A DNA stretch of 61,174 bases, filler included. It is 4 parts of 4 records of this genome, joined end to end, with 100 filler letters (N's around TTAATTAATTAA, not from the genome) between each part and the next. Parts side by side here need not be neighbours in the genome. Positions count along the whole stretch, not along the records: positions 1 to 24,039 come from SRR20825019_2420; 3 more parts are not named here. One strand, 5' to 3'. The position numbers and the translations under genes are program-made. Shown in pieces: positions 1-12,778 of the stretch. The notes beneath the pieces were generated by a model that was given only the letters and a program-made list of their open reading frames with translations, was not told where the DNA came from and made no database searches. The stretch's first letter is position 1. Each line of letters begins with the position of its first letter.

Positions 1-26
1 CCCCCCCCCCCCCCCCCCCCCCCCCC
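1..26. repeat. poly-C homopolymer at contig 1 start
   Basis: 26 consecutive C. Confidence 0.95.
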
Positions 27-75
27 AAGTAGCAGTATTACTGACGAAAACATTTCATTTATTGCATCATATACT

Positions 76-1360
76 CTAGAACTCATTCGGGGGAGGGTGT
101 TTGGTTTCGAGCCATTTTTCACCAACTGAGGGAATCGGCCAACCAGTGTTATCCAGACTTGCCCTTGCAACCTTTGTTTGGACTGGTTGATAGGCAACTC
201 TACAATAGGCATACTTAGAGCTGATGGCGACGAACATTCTAATTGCCTGTACCTGTCATTTGCTGTTCTTTTAGGCGACACTGGTTTCTGCAGACTGCTA
301 CATATTGTTATCGGAGACCCGGTTCCTTGTGAAGCGGAAGACCCTACATTAACAACATCAACCAATGCTCGAGTATTGCCACTGTAGATGGTGTGTGTGG
401 ACTGGACTTACCATTCCGCATGGCACTCCGTGCCCGTGGTATTGATTTCTGCGGCAACTTTGGTGACTGCGGAACAAAATTGGAATTAATCCATTAATCC
501 TTCCAAGAAATGATAGCCCATTCATTCATTCCTACCAATGGTGATGCCGGATTCGGCCCCCCGGAGCTACTGATGCCAAGCCTATCCTTTTCTTGAAACT
601 TCGTGACAATCGTGTTGATATCAAATTCGTTGCTTCGATTCTTGGCAAGCATCATCCGTACACTTGTGGTTGTATCTCCCAAGTGACCGGGGCTACTTGG
701 ACGGCCCATATTCGCGGTGGAAGCAAGTCCTGCGGGTGACGCTGCTCTCTTTGGCGACCCAGTTGACCCAAATGTAGACGATGCCACTGTCTTAGAGAGT
801 GGGCTATTTGCGCTGAAGGAAAACAAACTCAGCATGATAGCGCCACAACTGTACTTCCCGATAGGTTGTTTGTACTAGAGTACATACCGTAATGTTCTCA
901 TCGTTGGTGACCCTGGCTGTCGACTCGTTGAACTGTTTTCGACAACGAAATCATCGATGGAGTTCCACTTTGCTGCTTCATGAAGAGCGGGTGTTGCTTT
1001 AATCCTCTGATACTCTCTTCACATGTGATGAGTATTACATGCTATATCCTGAAATCTGCGCGCCTACCTAAACCTAACAAGAATTCCGCCTGTTAAATCC
1101 GTAGCATCAACTTTGCGGTGATAGTTCTTTTCGAACCGAATCGCCCACTGCCTCCACTCCTCTGGAGACCGAAACATTTTCAGCACAGTTTGTCCCATGT
1201 TGACCTACACGCACTTCTTACCCCCCATCTGGTTCTTCAGAAAGTCTTCCACTTGTGTGATCTCGTAAGCTGTATTCTTAATGCGCTGCTGTTTTCGGTA
1301 GGGTACATCAGGAAGCATTTTAGAGTGCGCCGGATTGTATTTGAGGTTGGCCGGCTTCAT
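76..1360 (-). CDS. hypothetical protein, multi-exon
   Basis: ATG at 1360 (MKPANLKYNPAHSK...). The first three GT-AG introns of ~50-75 nt restore the frame (..NQMG/EEWRQWAIRFEKNY..) and join ORF 494-835. Last exon ends ..KHPPPNEF-TAG at 76-78 with AATAAA downstream. The 3' introns were not fully traced. Confidence 0.6.
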
Positions 1361-1539
1361 AATTCTCTAGCCTTTGTTGCCTTTGCCCCCTTAACTACCC
1401 GTGTTGCGTGTAACAAATTCCAACAACGACACCCATGAATATTCATGCTAGTCCTTCCCCTACAGTGCTTGCCTGCTGTTTCTCGGTGGGCAAGGTAGCC
1501 GCCCCGACGAGGTCAAGCCCCTAACTCAGTTCGAATGGT

Positions 1540-2230
1540 TGTGAGGTGTGGACAGTCGGCTTTCTCTTGGAGCGGCCGGGGCCGTGGCGGTGAGTCGTCG
1601 GGCCTGTCTGAGGCACCTCAGAAACTAGGGTCGCCATCGCTCGATCAATCCGCCTGTAGGCCCCGACCGGCTGCCGGGCACCCCGCCACTGACCCGGTGT
1701 GCGCAGGACGGCTCCACTGCCATGAGCGGAGCCGGCAAAAGCGGCCCCTCATTGACCATACCTCCGGGCGAGGGCCAAGGGCCGGGTGTCTCATCAGAAC
1801 AGGGCCCTCCGGCACCGGGCGGTGGCAACCACCGTCATGCGGTGGTAGGTCTGCAATCTGGCGTCATCTCAGCACGGCATCCCACACTCCTCCCATTTGG
1901 GAAGTATCTTGTACTTGATCTCCCGACCTGGAGATCCAGGCAGTTGATCACTTGCGGCCCCGGCGCCGGACTCACCGGGCCGGGCCGGGCCCCGGGCGCC
2001 GGCCGGCGGACGCCGTCGGGTCTAGTACTCCCACTGATGACATCTGTGTGTCCCTGGCCAGGCAAGGGGGCCCTCGGCACGCCACGCGGCCTCGTCACTC
2101 CCCGGCACTGGTGATGGACGAGTCCGGTCAGCCCGGCCGCCGCGGCGCGGCCACGGCCGAGGACTCAGACCGTTGGGAGCCGGTGGGACCCTGTGGGACC
2201 CACAGTATTGGCCGGCGGAGTGCGCCACAA
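1540..2230. promoter_or_regulatory. GC-rich island between divergent genes
   Basis: CCGG/GGCC-dense non-coding stretch between two 5' ends; contains TCCCATTTGGGA at 1891-1902. Confidence 0.55.
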
Positions 2231-2608
2231 GGACGGATACTGACCAGCTGTGAGGACCACCTTGTTAGTGTGGTCTGCACAACACTATGAATAAAAATAA
2301 TGTCCCCATATGCTGCAGCTATTTATCAGACTGCAGCGAGCGCTCGGCAACCGGTGAGAAGCGGCAATGCCGTTCTTTTCTATCGCCAAGGGTGATGCCC
2401 CGCCGACTCTTCGTGACTTGTCACACGGCCTGGAGGGGAAGGAGGGTTACCGGGTGTGGGACGAGCACTCTCGCACCGAGGCGAAGGGCAAGATCCGTGT
2501 CCCCGGCTCCCCGAAGTGGATAACAAGGCATGAGGCAGTGTAAGGCACAAACACCGTGTTGTCGTGGAGTGGCTGACTGAGCGCGCGGGCAGGACGCTTG
2601 ATGTGGCC

Positions 2609-5600
2609 ATGACGGCACGCTCTAACGCTTCAAACACCAGTGTGGGCAGCTTTAGTCTGGGTGGTGAGAGGCGCTCTAGGTCATCTATGGACGTAGGTCC
2701 AAGCCAGTCCCGCGGTCAGATGCTGTTCTATTCAGGAAGGGTGTCGCCGAGGATCAAGCGGGAGGTGACCGAGGCCGCCCGCCGGGATGCGACCCCCGTG
2801 ATCAAGACACCCGTCCGGCTGGAGAGTCTCAACAACAAGCTAGTCAATCACTGCCAGAGCATTCACGACGACGTGAGTTACGCAGGGAACTGATACTGAC
2901 ACCACTGGGTACTGACTGAGAACAGGTCCTATGGATGCCCACCAGCTCCGCGGGCAGCAATGTGCACGCCCCAGCCACCGAGCACAACGCGATACGGCAC
3001 GTCGACCACCCGCTCAAGAAGCTTGGTGAAGATGTTGTCAAGCCCATGAATTATCTCCGGCCACGGCCTCACCCTGAGTGGTGCATGAAGGACACTGCAC
3101 CGGTGGTGGTGGTGCCTGAGAGTCACACCGTGCTCAACTCCATAGGGGACACACGCAGCCCTCGCAAGGGCAGCCCCAGGAAGAGCCCGCCGCGCCTCCT
3201 CCTCCCGCCCCCCCGCCCCGTGGTGTCACCACCCCAGGGACATCACACTACTGCGGCCACTGCGTCCTCTCACATGGCAGAAGACTCATCGAGCAAGCCC
3301 GAGCATGTGACAGAGGCGAAAGACGACCACAAGAAGTGCAGAGCGAATGTTGTCGTGGAGAAGGTAGAATACGGTATCAATATGACCGAAGAGCCTCCCC
3401 CGGGTTATAAAGGGACCAGCCCGGCAGGTGCAGGAGTGATAGCCCGGCCCCATTCCAGTGCTCTTGTGCGGCGGTCAAGCACAATTGTGCGGACGCCTGA
3501 AAAAGGAATTATCCGCTTTGCCCCAACTGAGGAAGCCCCAGTGAAACAGGACGAAGTCTCGCCATTCAGTCGGCGGCCGAGGGTTAATTACAAGCGGCCC
3601 AAGAGCGATCTGGGTATGCATGGGCACCGTGGTGAGGGCGGAGCAGAGGGTGGCGAGGGGAAGGTGCGGAAGCGGTGGGTGCGGATGCCAAAGGACGATG
3701 AGGCCGACCATGAGCACGAGCTCGAGAGCAAGGCCTTGGAGAAAGTCGATGACTACTTCAACCCGAAGAAAAAGGAACAGAAAGAGAAGGCGAATCCGTC
3801 AGGCAAGGGCGGGAAGAACAAGTCTGTGATTCCGGGTGTAGACACGTCTTCTCTCCTCCTCGCAGGTGGGTCTTGTACTGGTGTTGCAGTCGGTTGGGTA
3901 CTGCCACTCACGTAATTCTAGATGGTGTTTCTCTGGACGACTTGAAGATGCCTGTGCAAATGAAGTCGAAGTACATCAGTGAGTATATGAGGAAGGAGTT
4001 TGTAGACCCCACGAACGAGGAAGGCCTTGTGGTGAGCATGCGTGGTATCAACATGGGAATGAGGGCACCCCGTCAAAAGGTGGAGGCGGCATTTACTCCG
4101 TATGGTCGGGGGCATTCGTACAAGATGTTCGACACAGGAAATTGGGAGGAAGAGATCTTCCAGGAGCGGTGGGAGCGATATCACCAGATGAGAAGCATGG
4201 GTGATACCGACATTGCCGAGAAGGAAGATATGACCACCAATGGAGGCGAGGCCAAGGCGCGCAAGCATCGTCGCAAGATCACGGCACATTCCGTTATGAA
4301 CGCGACGGAAGTAGCGTCGAAACTGAAGGATCTGAGGAGGAATCGCAAGTGGTGGGATATGAAGGCGCCGTTCAAGATAGATAAGGTCCTTCCCAACAGA
4401 GGCGATCTCTTTGGCGGCACCAGAGTGGAAATCAAGGGGACCGGGTTCCCGGTGGACGCTCGCGAAGGGGAGGTGGCGGTGTACTTTGTATTCCAGATGG
4501 AAGACGACGAGTTTGAGGAGAAGGAGGCACAGGAGATTATGAGCATCGGCGAGAAATCAATCTTGGTTGTGGCGCCCCAAGGGTGCGGATTCGGTCCGCA
4601 CTACGTGATCATGGAGTACAAGGACCAACGAACGCGAATTACCCACAACTGCCGCTACGACTATTCGCAGCCCATCCTCAACTATATCCTCCCCGCCGTG
4701 GTCAAGTGCAACATTCCCAACCAGCGTGTTTCTCTCAACGGCATGTCGCTCGGCATCAAGGGCGCCAATGTATCTGTTACGGTCGGCAACAAGACCATCC
4801 CATCCTCGGCCATCGAGCCTGCAAAGCGGTGCGTTTGGATTACAATTCCCGAGGAAAAGGTGCCCGTGAAGGTTCCTATCGTCCTCACACTCACACTTGA
4901 CACCGGCGAGGCGTTCGCTACCAAGGTTACACCAAAGACGTACATCGAGTACTCAGACCAGGCCGACGACGATGACGGCGGAGACGGTGATGTTGGCCCC
5001 ATGAAGCTTATTAAGGTGAGTGCCCTCCGAGAGTTGAATTTCGCGAGAACTCATTGACTGATTGTGACATGTGCAGAACATCGACTACAGTAAGTCTCTG
5101 GAGGTGGACATCATGGATCTGTTCAAGAAGTCCGAGGACCCCGAGGCGGAGAAGAAGGAAGTGATCGAGATGCTTCTGAAGAACGTCAATATCATCCAGC
5201 CTATTTTCTACTACTACGCCGCAGAGGCCGGCTCGGCGGGGGAGGACGACCCCAACGACCTCACCATGAGGCAGTGGTGCCTCTTCGCCGAGCAGAGTAA
5301 GATTAGCGGCCGCAAGCAGATCGGGAACCAGCTGCCCATGGCCTCTATGGACATCATATTCGTGCGAGCCAACAGAGAATACGGCGATGACCCCGACGAC
5401 GACGACAACGACGACAATGCCCTGGTGATGCACGAGTTCTTCCAAGCGATCGTGCGTGTTGCTTATCAAAAGTATCCTAAGAGCGCGGGCACGCTCGGCG
5501 AACGGATCCAAATGCTCGTGGATGACCATCTGATCCCGCATGCCAACAAGATTGCCGACCAGAAACCCTTCCTCATGGCGCTCTGCGATCCCCACACGCA

Positions 5601-6165
5601 GGACATGATCCAACCCTTCATCCCCTGGATAGAGGACGCTTTCAATTACTGTGCTGGTCTTGATGGCTCGGCGATAGACGGAAGCGGCACCATGAATATG
5701 GCCGAGTTGAAGGAACTGATTGCAAAGTACCGCCTGCCGCTGAACAATCTCCCGGAGACGGAGATGAGGAATGCTTTTGTGAAGAGCAACATTGGTGACT
5801 GGGGAATGGTGGAGGATGACCACGATTGCCGAGGGTTCTGCACTTGTCCTCCGCCCAAGAACTACATCCGCATCTTCAATCCGCACATGACTGAGAAGGA
5901 GAAGAAGGCGTGGATCCGCAGGAAGAAGAAGGAAGCTGCAATGCAGGATGCGGGATCAGACCCCAACGAGCTGGGCTTCGAGGAGTTCCTTGAGATGCTC
6001 GTGCGGATGGTCATGATTGATGACGGGCAGGGCGACGACGAGGACCCTGACATCACGTATATCGACGTGATGCAGTGCCTTGAGCCTGTCCTCAAGCACT
6101 TTGTCAAATACAAACGCATCGGCGCCATCATAGACGCCCCCGACCCCCTGGCGCCAAAGACTTAG
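2609..6165 (+). CDS. IPT/TIG-domain protein with C-terminal EF-hand-like region, multi-exon (start uncertain)
   Basis: ORFs 2564-2893, 2935-3915, 3873-5057 and 5071-6165 are joined by GT-AG introns (~2873-2925, ~3866-3921, ~5016-5076). IDKVLPNRGDLFGGTRVEIKGTGF is a TIG repeat. DGSGTMNMAEL and LGFEEFLEML are EF-hand-like. Confidence 0.7.
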
Positions 6166-6327
6166 CCAGAATGGTGGTTCGGATATTATTTATACTGTAG
6201 GAATGTGCAAGCACTAACACGTGAGCAATAAATCGTTCACAAGCACTCGCGATAGTCGATCACAGTGCACTCAAATGCCTAGCTCTGTTCCCTCGCCTCA
6301 GGAGCTGTTATGAGAAGCGAAGCATGT

Positions 6328-8108
6328 CTACCGCCTTGCCAACTCCAGCTTGAGCTGCTCGTTCTCCTCCATCACCTTCGCCATGTCCCGCTTCAGCTGC
6401 ACGAACTCAGCAAACCGACTGTTGGAAGACTGCTGCAGATTCGCCTTTGGTGGAGGCTGTGGTGCACCATTGCCTGGTGGGGGACCAGGAGAGGGTCCTC
6501 CCCGCCCCGCGCCTTCCGCCCGGTTTTGCATCCCCTCGATATCTAGCTTCAGGGCAGCAACACTGCGCTCCGCATCATTCTTGGATTTTTTGAGGTCCCC
6601 GATCGTCTCCTGGAGCTCGGCAATCAGTTTCACGTTCGTCTGGTTGGCCATTTGGGTCGCCTTCTTGAAATTCTCCAGGTTTTGCATCTTCTTGCGGCAG
6701 CCGTCATGGTCCGCACGCACCTTCTCGTACTTGTCCTCGGCCTCCTTCAGTTGCTCGCCCATCACCTTTCTCGTCTCGGCATCGCGCTCGAAAGACTTGC
6801 GGAAGTCTGCCACCTGCTGGCGGAGCTCCATGACGGTCTCGTTGAGATCAATGTTCTGGCTCTGCAATCGCAGGTTCTCCTTCTTCAGGTCACGACCGCC
6901 CTCGCCCTCACCGACATCCCCGGCATCCAACAACTCCTGGAACTTTGTCTCAATATCGCGTATAGTCTTGGCGTGCCGCTCCTTCAGCTCCTCCATTTGA
7001 TCACGAAGGCCCTCACTCGTTGTTTTTTCGTTCTGCAGCTCAGCCTCGAGCGCCTTGAGCGTGGCCGAGGACACCACCTCACCACTCACAGAGGGCCGGC
7101 GATCAGTGGGCTCCAGGTTCTCTACAGAGCTACCATCGCCGGCAGCCGCGGACAGCCGTGAAATGACATCGTCTTTGGCCTGCATGGCCACCTGGATGGA
7201 ATCATGGTGGGACTTGAGCTGCTCGTTGGTGCGCGAGAGCTGGGCATTCTTGAACGTGAGATCGCGGACCTGGGCCCGTAGCAGTCGCATTTCCGTCTCA
7301 TCCGCTGTCCCCTGCACTGCCGTGCCTGCACTGCTGTACACCTCCCTCAACTGTGATCCCATGGTGTCCACCTGCTTCTCCAGCAACTCATACTGCCCCG
7401 CGGATGCACTCAGCACGTCGGTGACCTGAAGCAGCAGCGCCTCGGTCACCTTCTGTGACTCTTCAAGCACCTGCCACGCTGTGAGTCACCTCATACACAC
7501 CTTGTCATGGCAAGCCTCCTTACCCCCGACATGGCCATGAAAGTTTTCTCAGACTCCATCACATCCCGGGTCACCCCGCTCATCACCCGCTTCTGCGATT
7601 CCGCCATTTCAGCCAGCCCCTCCTCATGCTCGCGCCTCAGCTGCTTCTCGTTCACCCGCGCCACATCCCGTGCATTTTTCTCTCTCTGCTCCGCCTCCGA
7701 GTTTCTGGCATTCTTCAGCTCTTCAAGGTCCTTCTTCAGCAACTTGATGGCTGCAGCTGCTCAGTTCCAAGCGCACCAAGACTCAACTGAAACTTACCAA
7801 GTTTGAACTCATATATGTCCCTTTCGTAGCATCTGACGTCGTGTCGCAGTTTCTCAATCAACATATTCTCCTCCCCAGGAACAATTTTATATACCTCCAT
7901 CTAAACTCATCCGCATTAATGATGAATGTTAGAACCACTTCCATTGCCTCACCTTTTTGTCAATGTGAAGCTTAAGCGACTCATTCTCTTTCAGGATGCC
8001 GTCGATGCACTGAAGTGTTTGTTTGTGCGTCTCCTTGAGCTCTTTCTTCAAGATATCGTCGGCATTAACCGAGTTAAGGTCAATTTCTCCAAGGACTGCG
8101 TCAGGCAT
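6328..8108 (-). CDS. coiled-coil protein, multi-exon
   Basis: ATG 8108 (MPDAVLGEIDLNSVNADDILKKELKE..), exons include ORFs 7491-7742 and 6328-7470; E/K/L/Q heptad-rich. Confidence 0.7.
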
Positions 8109-8379
8109 TGCAGCAGTGATGGTGTTCAGTCCCTTGTTGAGTTAAACGACGAACACTGCGAATATATAGTCTCGACTCCGAATAGTTTGATGGCCGTAGC
8201 CATGATCTCGCATCACGGCGGTGCTTTGCACTTTTTGCGACCGCTCCAACCAGTGGGCAGCTAACGTGCCTCACGCCTGATGACTGCCCCAACAATGACA
8301 CCCTGCTGCCAACCCCGGTGAATGGCCACTCAGCCAGGCGTACGCCGCACAGCATGATTGCCCTGACCCGAAGGGCCGC

Positions 8380-8910
8380 CCAGCGAGTGCCAGGGTCGTG
8401 GCCGCGCCTTCAGGGCGGTGACAGTCGTCCGTCGCGACACTGAGAGGCTGGAGGCCGTAGGCCGGTGGGGTGACGACCGGATGGACAAGGGTTCATGACA
8501 GAACCCACCCTCAGTGACGGAGTGAGAGGATGGCAGTTACAATTGAACAGCAAATCGAGAACGGAACCTACACCTCCCCGGCAGGGTCCTCGGTCGGAAC
8601 AGCAAAATCCTGCGATGGATGTGAACCGCATGGTGCGCGGCGTATTCACAGAGTAATGCACATGTCAATCAATCGGCAGAATTTGGATCTCGTCATCCTG
8701 ATCCTCACCGCCACCGTCGGAGCGTTGCTGCCGCACGGTCCGGCTGGCCCGACTGCCACCGTCCCGCGGCGGCCGCGGCGGCCGCAGATGCCACCCGGCC
8801 GGCCCCTTGGCCGGCACGCCTCTCCGAACAGGGGCCCGCCCCGGCCTGCTCGGCCCTGGGCTGGCTGGCCAGCCCGACTGCCGCGCCGCATGCGCCGCGT
8901 TATGGGCCTT
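8380..8910. promoter_or_regulatory. GC-rich island between divergent genes
   Basis: GC-rich non-coding DNA flanked by TATA-like elements at ~8162 and ~8928. Confidence 0.5.
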
Positions 8911-8979
8911 GGGTAGTTCCGCACGCTGTATACATATCACAGCATGGCGGGTATCGAGTGGTGCAACATCCACGGCGCG

Positions 8980-11900
8980 ATGGACCCCAACAGTCGCGGC
9001 CTGCAAGACGCGCTGGAGGAGGCCAGCAACCGAATACACATCCTGGAGAGTGCCCTCGCACACTCCAACAGACACGCCGCACACGTACTTACGAGCAATC
9101 CGTACGCCACTCGAGATGGTCAGCGGCCCGGGGCGGCCTCGCCGAACCAAGCTGAGCTCGAGCAGACACGGCGAAAGTTGAAGAAGCTGTCCCGGCGCAT
9201 CAAGGGCCAACTGAATGATGAGGGCGGGGATGGGAGTCCGGTTCGTGTGCAAATAAACTACAACTCAACGTCGCCCGGATCACCAGTTACGGTGCAGGAG
9301 ATGGACGAGGCCGACGACAAGAGCGGTGTTTTGATTGCCGAGGCGATGTTGGCGGCCAAACAGTCTCTGTGGGAAATACTTAACTCCGTTCATGACACGC
9401 CTCTCAGAGACAGCTGGCAGCAGTACGACTGGGCGAGGCTGATCGAGCAGCTAAGTGACGAGGTGCGCCGGCTGAAGAAGAATCACGTGGGTGTGCTGGC
9501 GGAGATCGACGACGTATCGGAGAGGCTGCGGCGGTGGGTAGATTGAGTGCTCGTGACAAGGGCGGATGGGCTGACGCAGACGCAGGGCGGAGCACGAGCG
9601 TGACGTGCTGATGAGTGAGACTGAGGCGCAGACCAAGCTGATTGGAAGCACACTGAAGAAGGCGCGGGCGGAACAGGAGGTGTCGCTGGAGAAGCTGCAA
9701 GAGATCGAGAAGCAAAGCCTCGACACCGAGGTTGGCCGGAGTGGGGGTGTGGGTGTGATTGATGCTGACCTGGGTGCAGAAACGGTACCACGATGCAGTG
9801 ACGGCACAGGAGCAGGCGGAGCGGCGGCTGCAGGAGGTGCAGACGGTGTACGACTTTGTGAAGGATGAGAATGCGTCGTTGAAGGAGCGGCTCGAGCGGC
9901 TCGAAGGCAGCGCTGAGAGGGCGGGCGCACTGGAGGCACAGCTGCGCGAGGCGCAAGGCTACCACGAGGACTCGGAACGGATGCAGAAGACGAGAGAGCA
10001 GGTGGGCGTGCTGGGGAGCGAGTGGGTGGGACTGTGTGACTGATTGTAGGGCAGACACTGGCTGAGACAATTGTTACACTCAACGAGAAGATGCGCACCG
10101 AGGAGGAAAAGTACGCGACGACGCTGTCCGCAGCCAACCGGAACTACAGCCAGGAGCTTGGGGAGATGCGGAATTCGATGAATGCCCTGAACAAGGAACG
10201 CATGGAGCGGGAGGCCCAGCTGCGGAGTGAGCACGACAAGGTTGTGGATGAGCTGCGGAGGGAGTGTAACCACCTCAAGTCCTCACTCCACACTACAACG
10301 CGCGACCTGGAGGCGGAGCGCAACCGTGCCTCCATGAGCTCGGATCAGATGAAGGCGAACGAGGACCACTACAAGAAGCTGCTAGCAGACCTTGATGAAG
10401 CCCTGCGGACCTGCCGCAAGGAGGTCGACTCGGCCCAGCATTCGCTCAGCCAGAGTGAGATGAGGTGCACCTCTCTCGACCGCACTGTGGAACAGTTGCG
10501 CCACGAGGCCAAGAAGAACGAAGAGGACATCAACTCCCTCCGAGACGCCCTCCGGCGGTCACGGGAGAAGGCCGATGCGCAGGCTGCCGACCTTGATGCA
10601 GCAAGGAGAAGCAACGACTCTCTTCAACATGCCCTTGAGACGACCAAGGCAGTGGGGGGGCAGCAAGACCGTGATCTTGAGCGGAAAGAGGGCGAGCTGG
10701 CCCGCGTGCGGACGGAGTTGGCATCGGTTACCACTGAGCGGAACAACCTGGTTTCAGAAAAGGCGGCCGCGGAGAAAGATTCGCGGGACCTCCAGGGCCA
10801 GGTTGCGGCGCTGCGGAAGGAGGTTGCGGACAAGCACCAGAGCATTGGGGAGCTCCTCCAGAAGCACGAGGAGGAGCGCCAGCAACACGCATCCGCCCTT
10901 GCCCAGCGTGCAACGTCCGCAGAGGAGCTGCAGGTGAAGTTGTCCGCGGCACAGGCCGAGATATCCAGCGCCCAAGACCGTGCAGGCCTGCTCGAGAGCG
11001 AGCGGTCGTCGTTCCAGCGGCAAGTGGAGCACCTGCAGGAGATTGTGCGGCGGGTGGGCGATGAGAAGGACAAGGCGGTGATGGAATGGACGGCCGCGTC
11101 CTCTGAGTTAACCGGCCTACGCGGCAAGTTGGAAACAGCTGGTAGCGAGCGGGAGTACTACTCCAGCCAGGTTGCCCAGTTGCAGGATTCGTGCCGGCGA
11201 ATCGCCGAAGAAAAGGACCGATCGATCATGGAGCTGACCCGCCGGGTGCACGAGGTCAACGAGCGGGAGGCCGTCTTGAGGGATGAGCAGGAGCGGGCAC
11301 AGAAGGTGGGTTGGGGCAATCTGACGGGCATGTGCGTGACTGAATGAGGCTGGTTCCAGGCGCGGGCGGATGCCGAGCGTATGCAGACACTGCTCGGCGA
11401 GCAGTTGGACAAGTTGGGCCAGAGTTCCGCAGAGGCGACAGTGCGGGAGGCGGGCTTGCATGAGGAGATCAACCGCCTTGACGCGGACAACAAGCGCCTG
11501 AAGTTTACTGTGGATAATCTCTCTACCGAGGCAGAGGGCCTCAAGCGAGACTACGGTAGCCTCCACAAGGAGTGCAATCGCCTGACCAATGAATTGCGCG
11601 AAGTAACAGAGCGGTGCCATGCGGCCGAGCGTCTATCTAGCGAGCGCGAGAATGTGGAGGGCAGCCTTCGCCAGGTCACGACAGACTACCAGGAGGCTCG
11701 GCACAGGTGAGCGGCCGCGGTGCGATGTTGACTTGTGGTGCAGTGAAGATTGACGGGTGTGGCAGGGCGGAAACGAGCTCGCAGGCGCTCGCAGAGTTGG
11801 AGGAAAGGACGAAAGTTATGAAGAGAAACCACGAGGACACGGAGCTGCTGCTGGCGACTGAGAAGAAGCGCCGCCTCAAGTCCGAGGGTGATGTGGAGAC

Positions 11901-12758
11901 GGTAGGATGCGTGGCGTGGTGTGGTTTATTCGAGGGGGGGCTGAGGCGACTGCAGCTGCGGGACCAGTTGATGCGGCTGGAGGCGACGATGAACGAGCGA
12001 TTGAGGAGCAAGGACACGGAGATCAGCCAGGCCAAGCAGCAGATGGAGGTGTGCCAGGAGGAGGCTGCGGCGGCCAAGGCCCGCATGCACGAGCTAGAGG
12101 CCGAGCTGATGGAGGCGGAGGGAGACGCGGACCGCGAGAAAGATGAAAGAGACTCGCACCAGCGGCGGCTCCAGGAGGTCCGTGCCCAGTACGATGAGCA
12201 GAGAGAGGCGTACTCCAAGCAACTTGCGGGAATCCGCGGGGCCATGCGGCAAGCGCAGGTGGAGTTCAAGGTGCACATCGATGACTACCAGAGGCGGGAG
12301 GCGGAGCTCATCGCGTGCGTGAAGGAGTCGCGTGCAATCATCGGCAACTACGAGAGGCTCTCGGACTCGTTCAGAAGGGACTCGCAGGAGCTGGAAAGCA
12401 TGGTCAACCGCCTCAAGGACAGTGTGGAAGGCGTCTCGTCCAAGGTAAGATCTTCGCTGTGCTATGGCGAGAGGCACACACTGACTCTTTCACGCAGGGT
12501 CGGCCAGGCGAGCTGTCAGTGTGGTTGTCCCAGTGTAAGGCCATCAAGACTCACCTCTCAGTGATGGAGGGCAATCGCCAGTCCGAGCACACCCGCCAGG
12601 ACCAGCTCATCCGCCAACTGGAGCGCCATCCCGCCGTCAGCAACACCCCAGTGTCGTCCCGTGCCAGCAATGCGGTCGGATTCACTCCATCCCACGCCAA
12701 TGCCCCAAGCCCCACTCGCAACCTCTTTGCATCCATGTCTCCGGTCTCCACCACGTGA
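8980..12758 (+). CDS. long coiled-coil protein, multi-exon (alternative start 8944)
   Basis: ORFs 8944-9546, 9605-, 9759-, 10091-11347, 11381-11710, 11707-12564 and 12315-12758 are linked by short GT..CTGAC..AG introns; heptad pattern throughout. Confidence 0.75.
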
Positions 12759-12778
12759 CTCTGTTGTGCATTAAAATT

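Noticed and set aside
1205-1207. In-frame TAG in the first gene suggesting stop-codon reassignment
   Set aside because: It lies inside a normal ~60-nt GT-AG intron; TAG, TAA and TGA all end genes elsewhere in the window.
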